Positions 7,898 to 17,056 are shown, numbered from the stretch's first letter. The stretch is DNA of 20,000 nt from Candidatus Fermentibacterota bacterium (GCA_016928395.1 JAFGKV010000096.1:49127-69126), one strand, 5' to 3'. Notes: generated by a model from the letters alone, not told the origin. A program made the numbers and translations.

Positions 7898-10745
7898 CCC
7901 GCCTGGCGACGCCGCCGAACTGCGCCGGGAGGCCGAGGAGATCGCCCGGAGAAAAGCCGCCCATTCGCTGAAGAGCATTGAGACCCTGTCGACCGAAGAA
8001 GTACGGAAGGTTCTCCACGAACTAGACGTGCACCAGATCGAGCTGGAGCTACAGAACGAGGAACTGCGCCGGGCGCAGGCGGAACTGGAAGCGTCGCGGG
8101 CGCGATACTTCGACCTGTACGATCTAGCCCCTGTCGGCTATTGCACCCTTAGCGAGAAGGGGCTGATCCTGGAAGTCAATCTCGCCGCCGCCGCCCTGCT
8201 GGGCGTGGCCCGGAGCGCGCTGGTCAACCGGGCGTTGACCAGCTTTGTCTACCCCGAGGACCAGGACATCTACTACCTGCATCGCAAACAGCTCTTTGAG
8301 ACCGGTGCGCCGCAGGCGTGTGAATTCAGGATGCTGCGTGCCAACGCCGGCCCTTTCTGGGCACATGTGGCGGCCACCGCGGCAAAGGACTCCGATGGCG
8401 CGCCCGTGCGCCGCGTCGTGATGAGTGACATCACGGAGCGGAAGAAGGCGGAGGCAACGCTGCGGGAGAGCGAGCAAAGGTACCACCTGCTGGTCGACAC
8501 CGCTCAAGAATCGATCGTTGTCGCGCAAGACGGCCTGCTCAAGTTCGTCAATCCCGTGACGCTGGGCCTGTTGGAAGGGCATTCGGAGCAGGAACTCATT
8601 GATCGACCATTCACCGAATTCATCCACCCTGATGATCGGAGCATGGTGGTTGCCAACTACCGGCGCCGGATCGCAGGAGAACCAGTACAGTCCCGGTATG
8701 CCTTCAGGCTGGCTACCCGTGATGGCAGTATCAAGTGGGTGGAAATCAGTGCCGCCTTGATTGAATGGCAAGGCAGACCGGCCACATTGAACTTCCTCAC
8801 GGATGTCACAGAGCGCAAGCGGGCGGAGGAGGAACGGCAGTCGGCGAGAGAATTCCTCGACAGGATCATCAACGCGATTGCGGATCCGGTCTTCGTCAAA
8901 GATGACCAGCGGCGTTTTGTGCTCGTCAATGACGCGCTGTGCGCGATCGTCGGCCGCCCGAGAGAGGCCCTCCTTGGCGAGGATGGCGACGATATGTTCC
9001 CCGAGGACCAGGTCGCGGTCTTCCGGAAGATGGACGCCGGTGTTCTCGACACCGGCAACGAGAATGTGAACGAGGAATCTCTGAGCAACTTGTCCAGCGG
9101 AGAGGTGCGCACGATCGTCACGCGCAAGACCCGCTACATCGATCCGGCCGGAAGACGGTTTCTCGTCGGAGTGATCCGTGACTTCACCGAGCGCACGCGG
9201 GTGGAGGCGGCGCTACGGGAGAGCGAGGGGAGGTACCGGTCTCTCGTGGAGCTGGCGCCTGATGCGATCTACACGATAGCTCCGGATGGCACCATATCGT
9301 CGCTGAACCAGGCCTTCGAGAAGATCACGGGCTGGTCGTGCGAAGAGTGGTTGGGGAGGCCCTTCGTGGGACTTGTTCACCCGGATGACCTGCCGGGAGC
9401 CGTGCAGTCGTTTGAATGCTCACTCCGCGGCGAGTTTCCACCGCCCTACGAAATGCGGATTCGGCTGAAGACGGGCGGTTACGTGGTCGCCGAATTCACC
9501 AGTTGCCCGCTTGTGGAAGATGGGCGGGTCATCGGCGAGCTGGGGATGGCCCGCGACATCACCAATCGCAAGCGTGCGGAGGAAGAGCGTGACCGGCTCC
9601 AGGCGCAACTCCTTCAGGCGCAGAAGATGGAATCCGTGGGGCGGCTTGCCGGCGGGGTGGCCCATGATTTCAACAATCAACTGCAGGTGATCTTCGGATA
9701 CACGACCTTTGCGCAAAAGCACGTGGACCCACACGAGCCCCTGTATGCCGACCTTGAGGAGATCCGCAAGGCCGCCCAGCGTTCCGCCGACCTGACGCGC
9801 CAACTGCTGGCCTTTGCCCGGAAACAGACCATCGCCCCAGAGGTGCTGGACCTGAACGTGACGATTGAGAGCATCCTCAAGATGCTGCGGCGGCTCATCG
9901 GGGAGGCCATCGACCTGGCGTGGCTGCCGGGCAAGAACCTGTGGCCGATCAAGGTGGACCCGGCGCAGATCGATCAGATCCTGGCAAACCTGTGCGTGAA
10001 CGCGCGGGATGCGATAGGCGGCGTAGGAAAGATCACCATCGAGACGCGGACCGCCAGGTTCGACGAGGTCACCAGCGCGGGACATGTGGGATGTGTCCCC
10101 GGCGAGTATGTGATGCTGGGAGTAAGTGACGATGGGCGCGGGATGGACAAAGAGACCCTCGATAGGGTGTTCGAGCCGTTCTTCACGACCAAAGGGGCAG
10201 GAGAGGGAACCGGGTTGGGGCTGGCCATGGTGCATGGCATCGTGACGCAGAACAAGGGATTCATCAGCGTTCAGAGCGAACCGGGGGAAGGCACGACGTT
10301 TTGGATCTATCTGCCCCGGCACGAGGGCGAGGCGGTGGATGTGTTGAAGGAGCCCGTGGAGGAAACGCCGAGGGGCCAAGGCGAGACGGTGCTGGTGGTG
10401 GAAGACGAGGTCTCGATCCTGCGTCTGGCGAGGAGAATGTTAGAGGGTCTCGGTTACGTCGTTCTGACGGCAGGGACCCCTGGCGACGCCACACGACTGG
10501 CCGAGGAACATACTGGCGAGATCCATCTGCTCATGACCGACGTGGTGATGCCCCAGATGACGGGGAAGGATCTGGCGGAACGGATCATGGGGACGAGGCC
10601 GGGGCTGAGATGTCTGTACATGTCGGGGTACACGGCGGATGTGATCGCGCCCTTTGGCGTGCTTGAGGACGGTGTGCGGTTCATGCAGAAGCCGTTCACG
10701 CTGGAGGACTTGGCGCGGAAGGTGCGCGAGGCGCTGGAGGGGTGA
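7881..10745 (+). CDS. Hybrid sensor histidine kinase: coiled coil - about four PAS - HisKA - HATPase - REC
   Basis: N-terminal LHELDVHQIELELQNEEL...YFDLYDLAPVGY, typical of genes that follow cheBR fusions; PAS/PAC units; AGGVAHDFNN H-box; complete ATPase boxes; C-terminal receiver. Start at ATG 7881 with AAGGAGG at 7868-7874, overlapping the cheBR end by 17 nt. Confidence 0.94.
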   Translation: MARRDNPPGDAAELRREAEEIARRKAAHSLKSIETLSTEEVRKVLHELDVHQIELELQNEELRRAQAELEASRARYFDLYDLAPVGYCTLSEKGLILEVNLAAAALLGVARSALVNRALTSFVYPEDQDIYYLHRKQLFETGAPQACEFRMLRANAGPFWAHVAATAAKDSDGAPVRRVVMSDITERKKAEATLRESEQRYHLLVDTAQESIVVAQDGLLKFVNPVTLGLLEGHSEQELIDRPFTEFIHPDDRSMVVANYRRRIAGEPVQSRYAFRLATRDGSIKWVEISAALIEWQGRPATLNFLTDVTERKRAEEERQSAREFLDRIINAIADPVFVKDDQRRFVLVNDALCAIVGRPREALLGEDGDDMFPEDQVAVFRKMDAGVLDTGNENVNEESLSNLSSGEVRTIVTRKTRYIDPAGRRFLVGVIRDFTERTRVEAALRESEGRYRSLVELAPDAIYTIAPDGTISSLNQAFEKITGWSCEEWLGRPFVGLVHPDDLPGAVQSFECSLRGEFPPPYEMRIRLKTGGYVVAEFTSCPLVEDGRVIGELGMARDITNRKRAEEERDRLQAQLLQAQKMESVGRLAGGVAHDFNNQLQVIFGYTTFAQKHVDPHEPLYADLEEIRKAAQRSADLTRQLLAFARKQTIAPEVLDLNVTIESILKMLRRLIGEAIDLAWLPGKNLWPIKVDPAQIDQILANLCVNARDAIGGVGKITIETRTARFDEVTSAGHVGCVPGEYVMLGVSDDGRGMDKETLDRVFEPFFTTKGAGEGTGLGLAMVHGIVTQNKGFISVQSEPGEGTTFWIYLPRHEGEAVDVLKEPVEETPRGQGETVLVVEDEVSILRLARRMLEGLGYVVLTAGTPGDATRLAEEHTGEIHLLMTDVVMPQMTGKDLAERIMGTRPGLRCLYMSGYTADVIAPFGVLEDGVRFMQKPFTLEDLARKVREALEG

Positions 10746-10782
10746 CAAGGAGTGCGGAGTGCGAGGCTGAATGATTTCCCGC
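10746..10782 (+). repeat. Decayed copy of the post-kinase repeat module
   Basis: AAGGAGT GCGGAGT heptamers, then ATGATTTCCCGC (10771-10782), identical to 409-420. 10728-10751 is identical to 205-228 across the stop codon. Confidence 0.75.
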
Positions 10783-11007
10783 TCCGCCACTACGCGCAGG
10801 GCTGGATGCTGTCTGTACTGGGGGTATGTGCTGAGAAGTGGTGCGCGGGAACCCACCAGCGAAATCGGATTCGACATGAGCCTCGCCTAGGAGCGGGACC
10901 ATTGACGCCGAAAGGCCAATGGCTTTGCGGAAGCGGACAAAGGGAAGCGTTCTGTCGGTGACAGGCCGACTGCCGGTGTCGGCATCGATGGGGAAATGAG
11001 GAGCCGG

Positions 11008-13662
11008 ATGAGACTCAAGACGAAGCTGCTCGTCCTTTTGAGCTCGACAGCGGCCTTCATCGTCCTCGCCTTTGGTGGGATCATCTACACAAGGCTCCGG
11101 CATGAGCGGCTGACGCTGGTCCAGGAGAGCATCTCCCAGCAAGCGCGGGACTTCGGCTTCTCCTTGAAGAGCTTCTTCACCGAGGTGGAAGGCAACGTCA
11201 GTGCCTTGGCGGACAATGAGTTGGTCCGTTCGAGGGATGACAGTCGATTCACCAGCTTCCTGCACGCCGACGAGGACGGCTTCGAGTACAACTACACCGA
11301 GCAGGAGAGGAAGATCATCCAGATCTTCAACACCCACCGGCTCACGCACCGGTACGTGAACTCGGTCTACATGGGGAGAGAGAGCGGAGCCTTCGTCCGT
11401 TCCCACCCTCGAGAACGTCCTACCCGCTACGACCCCCGGGAACGGCCCTGGTACATCCTGGCCAAGGCCACACCTGGGGAAGTGATGAAGACCGACGCCT
11501 ACCCCTCGCTAACCACCCGAGACGTCAACATCGGCGTAGTCAAGGCCTTGGTGGACGAAAGTGGGACGGTGTTCGGGGTGGTGGGCATTGACGTCACGCT
11601 TGTCAACCTGACGGACTATATGCACAGCTTCAAGATCCGCCCCGCCGGGACGGTCTTCCTGGTGGACCAGAATGGCGTGGTCCTTGCCAGCCAGGCACAC
11701 GGGCTGCAGGGGAAGAAGATCGAGCAATATTCCCCGGCGCTCGCATCCGTACTGAGGAGACGCGACGCGGGAGTCGCATCCCTGAACATCCGGGGACAGA
11801 AGACGCTCCTTTTCTGCCAGAGCGTCACTGAACAGGATTGGAGGCTGTCCGTCCTCGTCCCCGTGGCTGACATCGAGCGACAGATCCGTGGCCCCATTCT
11901 CTGGACGGTTCTCAGCCTCTCCGCCGGCCTGGTGCTGCTGAGCATCCTCACCCTCTCCGGCCTCCATCTCTTCGTCATCCACCCCCTCAAGAGGCTCACC
12001 AGGGAGACCGACGCTATCGGCCGCACCGCGGATCTGGACCGACGGGTTGAGATTCGCTCCCGGGACGAAATCGGCGATCTGGCGGACTCCTTCAACGAGA
12101 TGGTCGGCACCCTGAGACAATCCAAAACCTTGCTCCAGGAGAGCGAGCAGCGCTACCGGCACCTCTTCGAACGCAACCCGGCGCCGATGCTGATCTACGA
12201 GCGCGAGTCGCTGCAGATACTGGCCATGAACGAAGCCTTCCTGCGCCACTACGGCTACGCCGAGCGGGAAGCCCTGTTCCTTCACCTCCCGGATCTCTTC
12301 CCCGAGGCGGAGCGGGACCAAATCGTAGCCTTGGTCCCCCGCCTCAGCGGCTACGCTGACGTCGGCGAGTGGCACCACCGTCGCAAGGATGGTGCGCTCA
12401 TCACGGTAGTGGCCAGCTCGCACGACATCCCCTATCAGGGGCGGATGGCCCGGATCGCGGTCATCACCGATATCACCGAACGCAAACAGGCCGAGGACGC
12501 GCTACGCGTCTCCGAGCAGAAGTTTATGAAGGCCTTCCACGCCACACCCGACGCGATCGTGATCAGCCGGGTCTCCGACGGTGTGCTGCTGGACGTCAAC
12601 GAGGTCTTCCTCCGGTACACCGGACACACGCGCGAAGGGGTACGACAGCGGTCCGCGGTCGATTTGGGCCTTTGGGCCAACGCTGGCGATCGGGAGCGGT
12701 ACATCTCGGCCGTGCGGGCCGAGGGTCGCGTCCGGGACATGGAGGCGGCTTTCGTCACCACATCCGGAACGGTGCTCGACGGCCTCGTGTCCGGAGAGGG
12801 CATTGAGGTGGACGGGGAAGCCTGCCTGCTGACCATCATTCGCGACATCACGGAGCGCAAACGCATCGAAGCCGAGCTGGAGCGGCATCGGTTGCACCTC
12901 GAGGAACTCGTCGCGTCGCGCACAGCCGAACTGGCGGCCGCCAAGGAGCGCGCTGAATCCGCCGACCGCGTGAAGTCCGCCTTTCTGGCGACCATGTCGC
13001 ATGAATTGCGCACGCCGCTCAACTCAATCATCGGGTTCACCGGCCTCTTGTTGCAGGGCTTGGCGGGGCCGTTGAACGCCGAGCAGAGCAAGCAGCTCCA
13101 CATGGTCAAAGACAGCGGGCGACACCTGTTGGCCCTCATAAACGACGTGCTAGACATCTCGAAGATCGAGGCCGGTCAGATCGAAGTCGCAAGCGCGCCG
13201 TTTGACCTGCCGGAGTCCATTCACAAGGTCGTGCGAACCGTCACCCCCCTCGCCGATAGGAAGGGTCTGCAGTTGATCGTTCGGATCGCGCCCGAGGTGA
13301 GCCGGGTCACCAGCGATCGCCGTCGCGTCGAACAGATCCTCCTGAACCTGTTGAGCAACGCGATCAAGTTCACCGAGCAAGGCCACGTCACGCTCACTGT
13401 GGAGACTCTACCGGACGCAGTCCGCATCGCCGTTGCGGATACGGGCATCGGCATCAAGGCGGAGGATCTCGACAAGCTGTTCGAGCCGTTCCGCCAGCTT
13501 GACACCGGCCTGACGCGCCAACACGAAGGGACTGGGCTGGGGTTGACCATCTGCAAGCGCCTGATCGAGCGGTTAGGCGGGGAGGTTCACGTTGAGAGCG
13601 AATGGGGCAAGGGCAGCACGTTCCGTTTCACGCTGCCGATCCACCCAGAGAGGGGACCATGA
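11008..13662 (+). CDS. Membrane sensor histidine kinase: TM - Cache - TM - HAMP - 2 PAS - HisKA - HATPase
   Basis: Two hydrophobic segments, Cache-type YDPRERPWY and GVVGIDV motifs, HAMP (DEIGDLADSFNEM), two PAS units, H-box FLATMSHELRTPLN, NLLSNAIKFT, DTGIGI and GTGLGL. Start is ATG 11008 (GAGGAG upstream) or ATG 10996. Confidence 0.95.
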   Translation: MRLKTKLLVLLSSTAAFIVLAFGGIIYTRLRHERLTLVQESISQQARDFGFSLKSFFTEVEGNVSALADNELVRSRDDSRFTSFLHADEDGFEYNYTEQERKIIQIFNTHRLTHRYVNSVYMGRESGAFVRSHPRERPTRYDPRERPWYILAKATPGEVMKTDAYPSLTTRDVNIGVVKALVDESGTVFGVVGIDVTLVNLTDYMHSFKIRPAGTVFLVDQNGVVLASQAHGLQGKKIEQYSPALASVLRRRDAGVASLNIRGQKTLLFCQSVTEQDWRLSVLVPVADIERQIRGPILWTVLSLSAGLVLLSILTLSGLHLFVIHPLKRLTRETDAIGRTADLDRRVEIRSRDEIGDLADSFNEMVGTLRQSKTLLQESEQRYRHLFERNPAPMLIYERESLQILAMNEAFLRHYGYAEREALFLHLPDLFPEAERDQIVALVPRLSGYADVGEWHHRRKDGALITVVASSHDIPYQGRMARIAVITDITERKQAEDALRVSEQKFMKAFHATPDAIVISRVSDGVLLDVNEVFLRYTGHTREGVRQRSAVDLGLWANAGDRERYISAVRAEGRVRDMEAAFVTTSGTVLDGLVSGEGIEVDGEACLLTIIRDITERKRIEAELERHRLHLEELVASRTAELAAAKERAESADRVKSAFLATMSHELRTPLNSIIGFTGLLLQGLAGPLNAEQSKQLHMVKDSGRHLLALINDVLDISKIEAGQIEVASAPFDLPESIHKVVRTVTPLADRKGLQLIVRIAPEVSRVTSDRRRVEQILLNLLSNAIKFTEQGHVTLTVETLPDAVRIAVADTGIGIKAEDLDKLFEPFRQLDTGLTRQHEGTGLGLTICKRLIERLGGEVHVESEWGKGSTFRFTLPIHPERGP

Positions 13663-14054
13663 AACACACTATTCTCCTCATCGAAGACAATGAGCAGAAC
13701 CTCTACCTTGCTACGTTCCTTCTGGAACAGAATGGTTTCGATGTGATCCCGGCCCGAACCGGACCTGAGGGAATCGAACTGGCCGGCCGGATCGTGCCCG
13801 ACCTTGTTATTCTCGATATCCAATTGCCCCAGATGGACGGCTACGCAGTGGCGCGAGCCTTGAGACAGAACCCGACTCTGAAGGACGTGCCCATTGTGGC
13901 AGTCACCTCCCACGCGATGGTGGGCGACCGGGAGCGAACGCTGGAGGCTGGATGCAACGGTTACATCGAGAAACCCATTGACCCCGATACGTTCAGGAGC
14001 CAGATCGAAGAGCATCTGAAGACCCGACCGACGAGTGGAGGGACTGAACCATGA
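13659..14054 (+). CDS. Single-domain response regulator (DivK/CheY-like receiver)
   Basis: MKHTILLIEDN...LDIQLPQMDG...AVTSHAMVGDRE...GCNGYIEKPI. ATGA overlaps with both neighbours (13659-13662 and 14051-14054). Confidence 0.95.
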   Translation: MKHTILLIEDNEQNLYLATFLLEQNGFDVIPARTGPEGIELAGRIVPDLVILDIQLPQMDGYAVARALRQNPTLKDVPIVAVTSHAMVGDRERTLEAGCNGYIEKPIDPDTFRSQIEEHLKTRPTSGGTEP

Positions 14055-16918
14055 CCATCCTCATCGTGGACGACAATGAGCAGAACCTCTATCAACTCCA
14101 AGTGCTTCTGGGCGGTAATGGGTATGAAGTCGTGGCCGCCCCCAATGGCGCGGAGGCGCTGGCCAAGGGCCGGCAGAATCCGCCGGACCTCATCATCAGC
14201 GACATCTTGATGCCGGTGATGGACGGGTTCGCCCTCTGTCGGAAGTGGAACCAAGACGAGCGTCTGCGGTCAGTCCCCTTCATCTTCTACACTGCCACCT
14301 ACACGGACGGGCGGGACCGTGAGTTCGCACTCGGCCTTGGGGCTGCGCGGTTCATCGTCAAACCGGTGGAGCCGGAGGTCTTCATACAGACGATTCAGGA
14401 AGTCATCCAGCAGGTTCAGCATCCTGCCTCCGGGGCGACCCGCGAGCGGATCGAGGCGCCTCCGGGCGATGAAGCCGGGTACTTGAAGCAGTACAACGCG
14501 ACGCTGATCAGGAAGCTGGAAGCGAAGATGCAGCAACTGGAGCAGACTAACCGCGAATTGGAGCTGAGCCTTGCGGACCACAGGCATATGGAGCACGATC
14601 TGGAGGCGTCCGAAACGCGGTACCGTCGCCTGTTCGAAGCCGCCAAGGACGGCATCCTGATCCTCGATGCGGACACGGGAATGATCGTTGACGTCAATCC
14701 GTTCCTGGTGGAGTTGGTGGGGTGTTCGCGCAACGAGTTCCTTGGTAGGCACCTCTGGGAGATCGGCCTGTTCCGAAACATTGTAGCCTCCAAGGCTTCG
14801 TTCGCCGAATTGCAGGACAAGGGATACGTCCGTCATGAGGATCTCCCGCTTGCGACCCGTGACGGGCGGGAGATCGATGTCGAGTTCGTCAGCAATGTGT
14901 ACCGTGTCGACAACCAGAGGGTGATCCAGTGCAATGTCCGTGACATCACTGAGCGAAGGCAGGCGGAGAAGGCCTTGCGCCAGAGCGAGGATCTCCTGAA
15001 TGAAGTCGGGCGCATTGCGAAGATCGGCGGGTGGAAGATGGATCTGATCACCCGCAAGGCCGCCTGGACGCGAGGCACGTACGACATCGTTGAGATCGAG
15101 CCCGGCCAGCCCATCCCGGGCCCGGACGAGCACGTGGACTACTACCTCCCGGAATACCGGCCCATGATCGCCGAGGCGATGCGGGCGTTGATCGAAGACG
15201 ACAAACCCCTGGATTTCGAGGCCCAACTCCGCACCGCCAAGGGGAACATCAAGTGGTGCCGTGCCCAGGCGAGGGCTCTCCGTGAAGGGGAAACGACGGT
15301 TGAGGTCCGCGGCACCTTCCAGGACATCACCGCGCGCAAGCAGGCGGAGGAGGCGTTGCGTGCGAGCGAGGCTCAGCTTTCTAACGCACTGCAAATAGCA
15401 CGCGCCGGTCACTGGGAGTACGACGTGGGCCGCGACCTCTTCACGTTCAACGACAACTTCTACCGAGTCTTCCGCACCGCCGCCTCGGAGGTGGGTGGCT
15501 ACCAGATGTCCTCGGCGGACTACGCTCGACGGTTCTGTCATCCCGACGACGCAGCCATTGTGGCACAAGAGGTTCGCGCGGCCATCGAGTCTGCCGATCC
15601 GGACTACAGCCGCCAGATTGAACACCGCAGTCTTCGTGCCGACGGAGAAGTCGGTTACATCACGGTACGTTTCTTCATCGTCAAGGACCCCCAAGGGCGC
15701 ACCGTGAAGACCTACGGCGTCAACCAAGACATCACCGAGCGGAAGAAGGCGGAGGAAGAGCGAGCGAAGCTGCAGGCGCAGCTTCAGCAGGCGCAGAAAA
15801 TGGAATTCGTGGGGCGCCTGGCCGGGGGTGTCGCCCATGATTTCAACAATCAACTCCAGGTCATATTCGGGTACACGACCTTTGCGCAGAAACGGGTGGA
15901 TCCCGGCGACTTGCTGTACGGCGATCTGGAAGAGATCCGCAAAGCTGCCCAGCGGTCGGCGGACCTGACACGTCAACTGCTCGCCTTCGCCCGCAAGCAG
16001 ACCATCGCCCCGGAGGTACTGGACGTGAACGCGGCGGTGGAAAGCACTCTCAAGATGCTGCGGCGGCTCATCGGGGAGAGCATCGACCTGGCCTGGCTGC
16101 CGGGCAAGAACCTGTGGCAGGTCAAGGTTGACCCGGCGCAGATCGATCAGATCCTTGCGAACCTGTGCGTGAACGCCCGGGATGCGATCGAGGGGGTCGG
16201 CAAAGTGACGATCGAAACGGGAACCGCCCAGTTCGATGAGATCTCCTGCTCTGAACATGCCGGATGCGTGCCAGGGGAGTATGTGGTGCTGGCGGTGAGC
16301 GACAACGGCTGCGGGATGGAACCGGCCGTCCTGGAGCACCTCTTTGAGCCGTTCTTTACGACCAAGGGAGTAGGTGAGGGAACTGGATTGGGTCTGGCCA
16401 CGGTGCATGGGATCGTCACGCAAAACAAGGGATTCGTTAGCGTTCGGAGCGAGCCAGGCGAAGGCACGATCTTTCGGATCTACCTGCCGCGACACGAGGG
16501 CGAGGCGGTGGATGCCTGGAAGGAGAAGGCGAAGGAAGTGCCGAAAGGGCGAGGCGAGACTGTGCTCGTCGTGGAGGACGAACTCTCGATCTTGCGCCTG
16601 GCGAGAAGAATGCTGGAGAGCCTTGGCTACGTGGTACTGACGGCAGGGACCCCCAGCGAGGCAGCGGGGCTGGCCTCGCACCACACCGGTGAGATCCATC
16701 TGCTCATCACCGACGTGGTGATGCCTGAGATGACGGGAAGAGACTTGGCGGCACGGATCGCAGAGACGAGGCCTGAGCTGAGATGTCTCTACATGTCGGG
16801 GTACACGGCGGATGTGATCGCACCCTTTGGCCTGCTCGAGGACGGCGTGCAGTTCATGCAGAAGCCGTTCACGCTGGAGGAGTTGGCGCGGAAGGTGCGG
16901 GAAGCGCTGGAGGGGTGA
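14051..16918 (+). CDS. Hybrid sensor histidine kinase: REC - 3 PAS - HisKA - HATPase - REC (955 aa)
   Basis: N-terminal receiver (ILIVDDN...SDILMPVMDG...FYTATYT...KP), PAS/PAC units, AGGVAHDFNN, ATPase boxes, and a C-terminal receiver ending REALEG. Confidence 0.95.
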   Translation: MTILIVDDNEQNLYQLQVLLGGNGYEVVAAPNGAEALAKGRQNPPDLIISDILMPVMDGFALCRKWNQDERLRSVPFIFYTATYTDGRDREFALGLGAARFIVKPVEPEVFIQTIQEVIQQVQHPASGATRERIEAPPGDEAGYLKQYNATLIRKLEAKMQQLEQTNRELELSLADHRHMEHDLEASETRYRRLFEAAKDGILILDADTGMIVDVNPFLVELVGCSRNEFLGRHLWEIGLFRNIVASKASFAELQDKGYVRHEDLPLATRDGREIDVEFVSNVYRVDNQRVIQCNVRDITERRQAEKALRQSEDLLNEVGRIAKIGGWKMDLITRKAAWTRGTYDIVEIEPGQPIPGPDEHVDYYLPEYRPMIAEAMRALIEDDKPLDFEAQLRTAKGNIKWCRAQARALREGETTVEVRGTFQDITARKQAEEALRASEAQLSNALQIARAGHWEYDVGRDLFTFNDNFYRVFRTAASEVGGYQMSSADYARRFCHPDDAAIVAQEVRAAIESADPDYSRQIEHRSLRADGEVGYITVRFFIVKDPQGRTVKTYGVNQDITERKKAEEERAKLQAQLQQAQKMEFVGRLAGGVAHDFNNQLQVIFGYTTFAQKRVDPGDLLYGDLEEIRKAAQRSADLTRQLLAFARKQTIAPEVLDVNAAVESTLKMLRRLIGESIDLAWLPGKNLWQVKVDPAQIDQILANLCVNARDAIEGVGKVTIETGTAQFDEISCSEHAGCVPGEYVVLAVSDNGCGMEPAVLEHLFEPFFTTKGVGEGTGLGLATVHGIVTQNKGFVSVRSEPGEGTIFRIYLPRHEGEAVDAWKEKAKEVPKGRGETVLVVEDELSILRLARRMLESLGYVVLTAGTPSEAAGLASHHTGEIHLLITDVVMPEMTGRDLAARIAETRPELRCLYMSGYTADVIAPFGLLEDGVQFMQKPFTLEELARKVREALEG

Positions 16919-16919
16919 C

Positions 16920-17056
16920 GCGAAACGCGGAGCGCGGAACGCGGAACGCGGAGCGACTTCAGTCGCGATAGAGCGAAGCGGAATGGGGAAGGGCATGATC
17001 CCGCAAGGACACAGAGGCGCAGAGATGAAAAGACATCAGAATGCGGAGTGCGGAGC
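16920..17056 (+). repeat. Empty copy of the post-kinase repeat module (5 heptamers, octamer arm with ATG, 2 heptamers)
   Basis: Heptamers at 16920-16954. ATCCCGCAAGGACACAGAGGCGCAGAGATGA (16998-17028) matches 4274-4304 at 28/31. GCGGAGT GCGGAGC at 17043-17056. Confidence 0.9.

Noticed and set aside
10895-10945. c-di-GMP-I riboswitch-like CGCAAAGCC on the - strand
   Set aside because: The upstream GGCAAA and GNRA-capped P2 stem are missing, and there is no - strand gene downstream.
2282-16996. Long antisense ORFs (2282-4153, 4376-6229, 9420-10379, 11509-12423, 14270-16996)
   Set aside because: Shadow frames opposite well-supported high-GC genes, with no recognisable domains.
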